Part shown: positions 21,586-33,009 of the stretch, piece after piece
Position numbering within the stretch: position 1 is the stretch's first letter
Layout: each line of letters starts with the position of its first letter
NCBI GenBank assembly: GCA_964199315.1
Contig: OZ116710.1
Coordinates: 3,348,001 to 3,412,000 of the forward strand
Source of the DNA: Orbicella franksi
Lineage: Eukaryota
Direction: 5' to 3'
Length of the DNA: 64,000 nucleotides
Position numbers and translations under genes: made by a program
The notes under the pieces: generated by a model
Database searches by the model: none
Told to the model about the DNA's origin: nothing
What the model saw: only the letters and a program-made list of their open reading frames with translations

Positions 21586-24500
21586 TCAAGAGTGATCCTT
21601 CTCTTTTGCTTTAGCTTGAATTAACTGTTTCTGTCGTCGAATCTGTTTCTGCAACATACTTAATCCCTCGTCATCAGAGTACGCACCTCCTCCCTGCTCC
21701 TGTCCCTCTTCCTTGTATAATTCTCCATCAGAGAGCCCTGTCCTTCTCTCTGGACAGGGGGGTGGTACCGAAGACTTCCTCGCAGGAGGCATAGGTGCAC
21801 TTCTGCTTCGCGCAGCGTGACTTGCTAGCGCCGCAAGCTGTGCCTGTTGGGCTGCGGAAGGCCGTCCTGATACACTCTGGCTTCTGTTGTACATGGCTTT
21901 TGCTTTCTGTTGCGGTGTCCACCCGCCGGAATTTTCTTGAATATTTTCAGGATTCGAGCGATGATGTTGCCCACCGTAACTGAAATAGCCCGAATCACTG
22001 CTATTTAATCCGCCAATCTGGGCGTCTCCATTACCCGAGTAGCTGCTCTGTGAAGACGTCTCGCTGTCGCTTCTTCGATGAGCCATACCGTACTGGTACG
22101 GAGACATGGCAGACGCGGACTCACTCATGCAGCGTGTACGCGTATTACTGACAGCGTAAGGCGTGGCATATTGAGGCCCGTGAGGGTAGTGTCCTGACGC
22201 GTCCTCTCGCGGGTGTTCCGCTATGGAGGAAGGAAGGTAAACTTGTGCAAGCGAGGCAGAAGGTGACCTCTCCCCTGAGGAAGAGGAATAACAACCAGAG
22301 TCTGTAGATGTTGTCCACGACGTTCTGTCACCTGTGTAAAGGATTACACAAACACATATGAGATACTGCTAGTACGTTGCCAAGTTCTTACAAGAATGTG
22401 TAAAAGAACGTCTGGTCATGTGAACTGTCAGTGTATTAAAACTCCGACTAGACTGCTGGCAGTCTGTTTTTCTCTCGAGATTCAGCAGGGGTTATGAGGC
22501 CAGACGCTTTAGCCTAAAGGGGAATGGAAATGCCGACTGAACAATGTGCAAGCTGAAGAAAGCAAAGCGACAACTTAATTTCAAATGCCAGTCGTCTCCC
22601 CGCCCACAGTCCAAGCCCCAAGCCTAGCTTAGTGCAAACTGAAGGTAAACTTCTTCTCAACCGGTTGTACAGTCTGAAGCCCAACTAGCTGGCTATAAGC
22701 GAAGCTGAAGAGATTACTCGGAACCTGCTATGCTCCAAGTCCATCTAGAGGTCAAAGGCAAAGACTTGAACCCCAGACGTCCTGATTACAAGTTCAACGC
22801 CCTTACTGACCAAAACCTAATCGGAAACTTTGACATTGCCCTACCGAAGACTTGCCGAAACGGTATTCGTTTCTCCGATTGAAAAGGGAACATTTACTAC
22901 TCACCTGGATGAGGTAAGGCAGACACTGCCCCAGGGAAGGGGGGAGGAGGTGGCATTTCGACTTGCAAGTCTCCTGAGTAACCAGGCGAGAGCAGCGGGG
23001 TTGGAGGCTTAGGAAAGCTCTCTACTGACGGCGATCCTATTGACGATCCTAGAGACGACATTGATGACTGGGACGAGGTGGAAGACACGCTAAAGCTTGT
23101 GGAACGGGAGCAGATGCGGGGCGGGGGTACTTTCTTGGGAGAAGTGGAGGGTGTGACGGATCCCGTAAGCTTGTTTCGCGTGTGACTGTGTTTCACGGAG
23201 AACGAGTAATGTCGACTGAATGCATTGAAATAAGGGTCCGTTTCTGACGGGGGTGGAGGCGGTGGGGTGGTAGGAGGGTCGCGGCCTGTATGCTGTGGAC
23301 TGGTGGCTCTGGTCAATGTGGTCGTTGGACTCGGCGGTGGAGACTGCAAATAGCAACAAACAAACAAACAAACAAACAAACAAGCAAACAAATCATTCAG
23401 TTACCCAAAGGAGATCACTTCTTTCACTATTTATGGGTTGGACAATATGGGGTGTTGAAAACAGACTTGATTGCACACTTTGCTCTGACGAAACGTCAGT
23501 CTTACGAACTCGCCAAGGCGGTTAATTTACCGTCATCAACTTTAACTTGATGAATAGCTAAGTGTTTTACTTGCCCGCCGTGACGCCTAGCAGTTTCTTT
23601 AATAATTAATAATACTTATTATTAAAATACACATCGTACAGACTTCCATGTAATACTCAGTTGCGCACAAAAACCGATAACTCACTTATCTATTGCACAA
23701 GCTATGAGCAGCTCAAAACCGCGTTTATCAAAGTTGAACACTGTGTTTTGTTTTTTCACTCTAATCAGAAACTCTGTGGAAACTATTACTTTACGCGCAA
23801 ATAAAAACCAATCAGGGAAGGCAAGCTAAATGGATCTCTGGGGAGGTGCGTCATCAAAATAGCATTTCTCGTGCCCAGTCTCAGGCGTCACTCGGCAGAC
23901 GTGATGAAATAAACAAGTCATAGGGCCGAGGTTCACGTTTCGTAGTGTAAAGTTCATTTCAAGCTCCTTAGTCAGTAAGTTGAATTGTGTTTTCACCAAC
24001 CTGGTCATCGTAGTTATGATGATCAGACAGTCTGAAGTCTCGCACTAGGTCCTCTCCAGCCAGTGGCAGCGTGGATGGACTAATTGTCTGCTTGATGATG
24101 TCTGCAAGAACTGACTGCAGGTGTTCAATTTCTCCCAACATAGAAATCTCGTGCTCCTAAAACCACGTGAAAAAGAATCTAGGTTAAACTCATTGCAATG
24201 ATCAGAACAATACTAAAGTAACAAAGGCTAAATAATTTAGAACGCTAGATAGCCATTCAAAAAGTTGCAGTTCTTCAAATAAGAAATAACCGCCACATTT
24301 TACAGAAAAGAAATAATAAATCATGGACGGCAGCTAACTTAAGTTGCCTTAGGAAAGTATGAAATGCGAGGAGTGAGGAGAGACGAATCCCAGCTTCAGT
24401 GCAGGGAATGGCAAAGGAGATGAGCAGTTTATTTATCCCACATATACTTAAGAGAGACACTAAAATACAACCTGATATTATTGACTTGAAGCCACAGCTC

Positions 24501-27500
24501 TATATAACTATTTGTAGTTGACTTGACTTGAAACGTATCAGAGCGTGTGGAAACATTGATGATTATCTGAACCGACAATAACGAGTAAAACATCCTGATG
24601 AGACTTACCACAACTGGTCTAAAACAAGAAGCTAACAGACAATATCTAGTTCTCTCTTCCACCAACACTTTTCTGAGATAACGCTTCTCCTGCTCTTCAA
24701 ATGCTGCTTGCTGAGCACTTGCTTGCTGCAAGATACAGTCACAGAGTTTACACATCAAAAAATAACATCAATTGCAAAGATATACCAGCAAATCAGAAAA
24801 ATAGTGAACAAAACTAAACTGAAGAGAAGTGTTATGAATCTAGTGATGTATACAAAGTAGTTTGTAACACTTGGAGAAATGAGTAGCAGTCACGAGCAGT
24901 GAATTTCAATATCAGGACAAATGCTACAACAATTCTGATTGACCCACAGGTTTCCAGCATAAAAAGATTGCATGGACATTCCAGCAGGCAACGGAGAAAG
25001 TGGTGGCACAAACGTCTGCAAGGTGCATAGCTAGTGCAGATAAAAGACAGTGCTCCAGCAAAGAAAAACAAACCAACAAATTGCAACCAACAATTTCTCC
25101 AATGCCTGTTGCAATATTTCCCAACATATAACAACAGGGGAAACTTGTGAATACTTTTTTCTATTTCAAAGTGATACGCACCTTCAAGGCTGCATCAAGT
25201 TTTTCTTGGTGTTCTGACTTTCCTGGGAGAACAAAGAATATAGAATCATTGTCAACACTTATCATAATAAACTGTATAACTAAACATGTCTCCTACTTGG
25301 TAACAATCAAGTCTCGAGGCATAACTCTAAAATGTAACCACTGTAAACACAGCAACTCTAGCTCAGAGTGCTGGAAAAAGTTCTCTTCCACAAAACAATG
25401 ATACAAGTGGGATATAGTTTCCAGTGACTTTATGACAGGGTGATTGGTAGCATTAAGGATGTAACATACACAGCTGGGATCACGCATTAAATACATTAGA
25501 TTGATTTTCAAGTGTAATAAATATTTATTATGCTCACCTAACTCACCTTTTTTAACCTTCTTTTGCCACTTGTTTGTTTCTGCTGTAGCCTTTTTCAAAT
25601 CCTGTTTGGCTTTCTTGTATTCTGACACAACAAAAAATTAATATTGTAACCCCAAATATCTACTAGAAACTAGTAGGGTACAAAAAGTGTACATATCCTT
25701 CCATTGTGTTGATGGATAAACAGAGCAATTTTCTTTTTCTACAGAATTATTGTAAACTTAAATGCACTTTTCTGTATTTTTTCATACACATGCCCTCAAA
25801 GACTCACACTGCAGCATCTAAGACAGATGACATACAGCAGCATAACAAAGAAAATTTGACAAATATAAAAAATATCAACTACACAAAATGATACACAAGT
25901 CATATTTTAGACTTAAATTGAATTAACATGTGGACACACTTTTAAAGATTTGATATGTTTTCAACCTCAGGATCAACAGCAGCTTTCAACAGGAAATAAA
26001 TTCTTGTTATCAAACAATTTTTCCAACTTGATACCTTTTGCATGATCTTTGTCCATTTGTATAACAGACTTTTTCCAATCATCCAACCTCTCTTGAAGAG
26101 GAAAGATCAGGGCTTCACACAGTAACCTGAACAATCCACAAATCAAGCATTAGAACAATAATCATGGGCAAAAAATGTCACAAATTCGCTTCACATATAT
26201 CATTATGGCTTTAAACTTGCATTACTTTCATTGCTTGAAACTTGAATTGTACTATACTCTTTTACTGTATTGCTCATTATTAGGTTTCTTTAAAAACAAA
26301 AATGTGGTGATTTCCTGGTTCAGTAGTGTGCAGTGCCCCAGTTAACAAAGGGGTCTCAGCTCAAAAACAATCTGACTTGACATATTCATGGAGAACTTCT
26401 GAGGTTTAGGCGAGGTCAGCTGCATCTACGTGTATTGACTCTTGTCCGTAGCTTAATACCAACTTGCCTTTGAATTTTATCTGGCACCCTGTAGGTTCCC
26501 TGCAGGTCTTGTCATTTTTAATCAGAAATTAGGTTTTAAGTTTTAAAACTTCAGTGGACTCCTAATAGCTTGAACCCTTGCCAACTCGAACGTTGTGCTA
26601 ACTCGAACCAAAATCAATTTCCCTTGGATTTCCCTCATACATGTACATTTACTGTAATTTTACCCTTGGTAACTCAAACACTTGATAATTGGCACCTTCT
26701 GCTCTCTTGAAGCAATTTTAGTTTCCCTTCAGGTTATTTTCAATATAATTTTACCCTCGATAACTTGACCCATGTTTGTCAATACATCATAAGTCAAAAT
26801 AAGCAGTACTCTGCTGCTTTAATTTTCTTTGTTCAGTTTCATGTATTTTGAGAAATATAAATATTTTATATTGTTCCATTTTCACTCAACGTCTCTATAA
26901 TTAAATGTGAATAAAATGTTCACTGTTTGAATAGAAATACAGCAAACACTATTTTTTTCCTCATTTCTGGTTATCTGTTGTCAACTACCGATGACTCGAA
27001 CTCCACATAACTTGAACCTGTTTCAATTTCTCTTGAAGGTTTGAGTTATCAAGAGTCAATTGTATTGCTTAGATGCATCCAATCCATGGTCTAAATAACA
27101 TTTACAAGACTGTCTATGTAGTGAGTTCAAGCAGCGTGTTCAATTAAAAAAGAACTTACCCAGCCAATCCTTTCAGTTTACTATCCATGCTACGGTGCCT
27201 TATCACCATCTTGGTGAGAGATCCTCCTATGTCTTTGCAGCATCCTGAGAAATGAATGAATGAATAAATAAATAAATAAATAAATAAATACATAAATAAA
27301 TAAATAAATAAATGAATGAATGAATGAATAAATGAATAAATAACAGTCACACGACCTGATATACAAATATGCATAACATGAGTAGGTCTACATCGAAGAC
27401 AGACTGCGTATATAAATCTACTGTTTCACTATTAACATGAAAGTACATAGGTAGTATTTTTGTGCGACTTACTTTTTTTTCGTGATAGTTCATTTTTTTT

Positions 27501-30500
27501 TTTTTTTTTTAAATGAAAGCTAGGGTTCTGTTTCAAAAATATTGTGCGGGTAAGGGGATCTTAAAAAGGTCCAAAAAGTTCAAGGCCATAAGCTGGATTC
27601 CAGCACTCTACATAGATGTTAATTTAATTTACCACTGTGGGGTATAATGTTACATGTGATCATGTTTCCTTTCAGTACTTTACTCTCCAATCCAAATAAC
27701 GTGTAACATTATACATCAGCGATTTCAATGACTACAGGTATAACTGAAGGTTTATCAGTTAATTTAATTTCGCTCAGAAATGTTCTTTGTACATTACGAG
27801 CATCTGCCTAGTACTCTGCAATGTGAATGGCAGTAACATTTTATAGCAAGAATAAGTCCAAAATGAGGGGTTATTGTTTCCCCTTGTATCCTGTCATAAG
27901 CAGACATTTCTCTGACAGGGTCTGGCCCCAGCAAATTGAGTGGCTGTGAGGATGATTTTGCCCATCTGGTTTGAACATCTAGAGGAAAGGCTTTCTAATT
28001 TATAAAGAAGTTCATTTCTAAAAGCTTTGGCTGCTTGCAAAAACCAGTTGCCCTCCTGATGAATACACTTACATAGCATGAGTATCCCCTGGATTGAGAT
28101 AAAAAAAGGTGGCATAAATAATCCATGAGATATGTCCTATGATATGCATCAATCAGCCACATGCTGTCAACTGTGTGTGATTGATAACCCTCTTAGCTCA
28201 AGAAGAAAATCTATTTTAGTCTAAAAAGGGGCCAAAAATATACTTTGCTGTTATGCATTTAACCATTATTCATCGACAAAACAAGATTAAACTTTCAATG
28301 TAGAAACTAATGACGGACAAAATACTCAAGTGTTAAACATAGAAAATCCAATGCTGAAACAATAGGATTTGCTAACCCAGGCCACACAAGACTGATTAGA
28401 ATATAAAGTGGACAGTCTTTCACACCCTTCATTACTACATAAGATAAAATTATATAGAGCTGTGAGACAAAAGGTATAACACAGGGTATTATCTATAGCA
28501 AATTCATGCTGTCTATTCAAACATCACACAAAGTCAAATTCTAAAACAATTTACGTGACAGACTTGTTCATTCTTTAAAAAATTCATAATATTAGACTGA
28601 CAACAATAATTCATTGATGATAAGATAGGTATTATGAATCATTTGACCAGAAAGGAATGCACCAGCATAGCATTAAAACAAGATTCTAAATCCATTGATA
28701 GGAGTAACAGGAACAAAGACATATTTCTACAATGACGGTCTTTGTCTTTAACACAATACAAAAGAATAAATATTATTTCTTGTGTGACAGGCCGGCACCA
28801 TCCTCTCATTTTTCCTTCCTGTTTGGTTATGTCATGTTCACATAGCAAAAGTTTTCTTCAAGTTGTGTGATACAAAAGAATTATAATGTTGTCAGTTGCT
28901 TTCACTTGAAGATGCAATACACACAAGATAGCAAATGCAAGATAGCAAATTTATATCAAGCACCTCATGGAAGGTTTTCAACCAAGATTACATGTTAATG
29001 ACATTCTTATATGGGTAATGAGTTGGATAGAATGAAAAAAGTTACTTTACAGATGTTCATGTCCTAGAATGCTTGCTCATTTGCTACCTTTGTTATTACA
29101 TTATAAATGTCTGTCGAGGTCTAAAGTTTTCAGATTTAATCACCACATAAATGTTAATTAAAAATATTCATTGAGACACAAGAAAATTCTAGTAAATATA
29201 CTTTGTCAACAATAATTTTCCCACACTCTTTTTCTCACATCAATAAAATTAAAAACACTCTTGGATGGAAGGTGTTCAAAGTTAATTGATGACTTCATAA
29301 ACTTGGGATTTATCTAAAGGAAGTAGAGGTATTTAACTTAGAAAAATAATCCCACACATGGAAAAGATAACAAACATCAGGGCCAATCAATGCAGTTTAA
29401 AAGTGGACAAGCATTCCAATGCAATTATGTATGTCTTTCAAAAGACATAAATTGATTAATTAAGGTACAAATACATTAGCCAGTAGGTAATTAACCACAT
29501 GTTTATTTAAGCACTGGCATGGTAAAAAAAAAATAATATGAGGTCTGCTTTCCTTGTTGTTATATAAAGACAAAACAAGCAAGGGCCTGGTTTTAATTGC
29601 TATTGTGAAAATTCCACAAAGAAAAGATAAGATTATGTTTTGACATAATTTTCCCAATTTAAGCATGTTCAGCAAAAATTAATGCTTTTTAATGATGCAA
29701 TAGGAAGAAATACAACACCTTTACAAAGTCCTTCCACAATTGAACACAGGCATACGAAAATAAGGCAGAAAGTTGCAGGAGCTACCTCAGTCTGCTAACT
29801 CTAGGTAACAAATTACCCAGTTTCATTGATTGTAAGTGGTATGTTGTCATGGAAAACATGGCCAATAAAGTGACATATGTAGCCATCAAATGTTGTAATC
29901 ATACATTATTTTGCATGTGGTTTTGGATTGGGGGTTCAAACGCTGGGGTTCAAAAAAACTTTCAAATAGAACTATGCAGTGTCTAATTCACTTGAAAGGC
30001 ACTGCTTCATACACATAACTTGCACACAGTTTAAGCAGAATAAAATGCCGTCGGGTTGCTCACATAGACAATGCCACAGCTGTTTATAATATTAACAAAT
30101 GAAATAATGAATCTCTCTTACAAAAATATGTGACAAATTACGCTTGACAAATGTTGTACCAGCAACTAGCCAGTGTGCCAGGTGCAGTTGGGGAAAGCGA
30201 AGAAGTAATGCAGAAAGAAATAGTAAAGGAATGTTTCTGCATTAAAAACCTTGGTTAAGATATTCAATGAAGGTTGCATTTCTAAAAAGAAATGTCCTTG
30301 TAGTTGTACCAGAAGCATAGGTGATATGCTTCTGGTTGTACAAGACAGGCTTTTAGCTAGGATTTCAAATGCGGGTGTCCAAAATGAGCTATAGGGTCTG
30401 CTCAAATGAACAATTTATAAAGAAACATGAAAAATTAAACAATTTTCTTTAAAAAGTGGGAGTCCGTAGGATGCCAGCATGCAGACTTTTAGTGCCTCAT

Positions 30501-33009
30501 TGGCCAGTTATGCAGGCATTTCCTTACATCTTACAAAATTGGATTACTTTCAGTTTATGTGCATATCTACCAAAATTCTGAACTGCTAGTCAAATAGGTT
30601 CCCTACACTGTATATAAAATTCTTTACATCAAATACTTTACAGCACACGTAACATGTTAAATTAAACCATTGCCCTGTGGGATACACAGCAGAATTAATT
30701 TTCACAAAGTAGAACACAAGACACCCTGTAATTATCTTATGTTTGGCAAAAATCCATTCCATTAAAATCGCTTCAGAAAGTCAGTCATGAAGAGGTTTCA
30801 ATAGCTGCACCTTTATAAATTGTTTCGAGGTACCTCCATACTCTACAATGACCAAACACACATGTGCAGAATCTTACAAATCTGTTAAACTAATTACTTC
30901 TAGTAACTGTTAACATAACTTGACACAAGGCGATGTGCAGGGAAAAGAGTTAGTGGTAAACAACATATCAAAATTTATAACAAAACTTTGGCATAAAGTA
31001 AAGGAGTACAACAATTTTGACATTTTTTGAAATACATCCAGAAAAATGATCTTTACTTCCAGAATTCTCTATAACAAATTGACCGTTTCTGTAACTAGAG
31101 GAGATTGGTGAATTGTTACACAAATTCAATTTATAAGTGGAAATTTGTGGCAATGTAATAATTGAATCTTAAAATTTTCATGTTATTCTGGCACAAAAAA
31201 TAATACTTAAAAAACTGGTACAGTGCAGTGGCTAAAACACGGAAGTTACTTCACAGGTCAGCTTTGGAACATGATAGTCGACAGTAAAGACTTCAGTCTA
31301 TCGGGTTTTCTTGTCATATATCTAGCGGTCAACTTCTGGGTCTTGTTGAAGTGATACTATTCATTTGAAGATTTTTTCTTAAATTTAACCCATTTTACGG
31401 TCGTGAAATGGTTCCAATATGAACTTCATCAAATGCTGTTGAAAATTTCCATCACAAGGGGATTTCCGCGACTCTATGTACTCAATTAGCACCCAGAAAT
31501 TCGAGTTTTGTACAAAACAGGTGGCGCGAAAATATAAATAAGACCGGAATTGATGCAACGAAACCAAACCGCAAATTCGATAGGAAGAGATAAGATGGAA
31601 AAAAAAATCACAACTGAGTTCAAAAGCAAAGTAAAAAACAAACGAACGATTTCAGGACTGAAGAAATAACAAAAGCAAAAGAAGATTTTTCTACGAACCG
31701 ATCAAACTACAGTAAGCTAAATTTGAATTGAACAAAACCGAATTACGCGGTAAAATGCAATTTCTTTAGCGCCAAAATTGTTAACGGACAACGAACAGTG
31801 TAAAGACCTGCTAGACAAGTACGAGAGAAAGTGGCGCTAAAGTCTAGAAACAGGAATGGCATTTCAAAGAGACCATTTCTAACGAAGTTAGCTGGTTCAT
31901 GTCAAACACTGAGTTGAAACGTCGCGGTAAAAGTTTTAGATCACAACAAAGACCGCGTTGTGCGCGTAAACTGTCGATCGAAGCTCGCGAATGCTGTGCC
32001 ACATTCGAGACTTGGCTTCGATCGGTTCTACTCTTCCGAAGTACGAAAAGTTTAGTTGCATGCAAGTTTAACGAAAAAACCTGTAGTGGCCAGTTATTAA
32101 ATAAAATCTACAAATAATATTTTAGTAAACACCGCCGCTTTGCCTTGAGTTAACAACAATATCAAACTGCTTTGTAAATTCCCGTGTCGATCACATTTTC
32201 GTCTTACATTGACGTTGAAGACTTGACTGAAAACTCGATCAAAGGTTGATGGTACATGCGCGCCTGTTACTCTCTGTTTGTTCTTTCGTGAGAGAAAAAC
32301 ATTCCCTTGCCAAAGTACGACTCAAAATTCTCCCGCAAAAGGTAACCCTTAAATAAACAACAACTAAAAATACCAAGCTGAAGTCCTGACCCGCTGAAAT
32401 TAAAACCGCGGAGTGACGAAAAACGAAAACATGTGCTTTTGGCCCCTGCCACATTTAAGCTTATCTTTGAAAATTTCGAGTTTGTCTGGTTCGTAAAATA
32501 TTGGCTCAGTTCTGTGTTTTGCTAAACAACTGCGGTACCAAAGCAAATAAAAGTTGAGTGAGGCTTACGCGGCAAAATGGAAAAGTGCCGTGAAATACGT
32601 TGTACACTCACCTCGTGACGAGTTCGCGGCATCGGCGACGCGCTGAAAAGCGTCCAAAAATGCATCCGCTGCGATAACTGTTGTCCTGGACAAGTAAAAT
32701 TTGAAATAAATTAGCTTTTCTGTTCTCTTATCTTCGGTCAAAAACTAAATTATCAACGCGTAAATTATAGAAAATCAGACTCCAATTATTCGCGACGTAC
32801 TTTAGCGCCGAATGTAGTTTACTCGCTTTGCCTACGAAATCTTCCCACACCGGGGCACTGGCCTGAAGGAAAGAGAAAGAAATTAGCTCTAAAAATGACT
32901 AGAAAAATTACAAACTAAAACTTTTTCAAGAATAATTCACGATTCCCACCTTTATGTCGTTCAATATCAAATGAATTAAGTTCCCTTCGCTGTCCGCGTT
33001 GTCGCCCAT
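21586..33009 (-). CDS. MTSS1: MTSS1/MTSS2 (MIM/ABBA)-like I-BAR (IMD) domain protein, 648 aa; exons 32950-33009, 32801-32862, 32612-32685, 27160-27244, 26035-26126, 25547-25621, 25182-25222, 24609-24725, 24001-24156, 22905-23343, 21586-22331
   Basis: All ten introns are GT-AG and phase-compatible, giving 1947 nt. The IMD sequence APVWEDFVGKASKLHSALKTTVIAADAFLDAFQRVADAANSSRG...RHRSMDSKLK...PLQERLDDWKKSVIQMDKDHAKEYKKAKQDLKK...VLVEERTRYC...EHEISMLGEIEHLQ matches MIM family motifs and is followed by a Ser/Pro-rich tail. The symbol marks the family; MTSS1 vs MTSS2 orthology cannot be assigned. Confidence 0.92.
22449..22527. mobile_element. Truncated copy of the 9467-9640 MITE in an MTSS1-like intron
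   Basis: tagactgctggcagtctgtttttctctcga(g/a)attcagca...taaaggggaatgg is shared with 9467-9546. Confidence 0.8.
22741..22812 (-). mobile_element. Decayed tRNA-derived SINE head
   Basis: The minus strand reads agggcgttgaacttgtaatcaggacgtctggggttcaagtc, with a B-box-like GGTTCAAGTC at 22763-22772; there is no acceptor stem or full cloverleaf. Confidence 0.5.
23355..23392. repeat. (CAAA)n microsatellite forming the polypyrimidine tract of the 22905-23343 exon acceptor
   Basis: Direct reading; (TTTG)n on the gene strand, directly upstream of ttgcag|TCT. Confidence 0.85.
23483..23548 (+). mobile_element. Penelope-like element terminal remnant with a collapsed hammerhead core
   Basis: ctctgacgaaacgtcagtc followed by ggcggttaatttaccgtcatcaact, resembling the PLE terminal motif CTGACGAA-stemII-CGAAACGTCAG... 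Confidence 0.45.
26552..27062. mobile_element. Degraded Tc1/mariner (pogo/Tigger-like) MITE
   Basis: Imperfect TIRs cagtggactcctaatagcttgaac / gtttgagttatcaagagtcaattg followed by TA; internal (g)ataact(c/t)gaac subrepeats. Confidence 0.6.
27250..27342. repeat. Compound (AATG)n/(AATA)n microsatellite at the acceptor side of an MTSS1-like intron
   Basis: Direct reading. Confidence 0.9.

Noticed and set aside
22741-22812. tRNA gene
   Set aside because: Only a B-box and anticodon-arm-like remnant; no acceptor stem, so it is treated as a SINE head.
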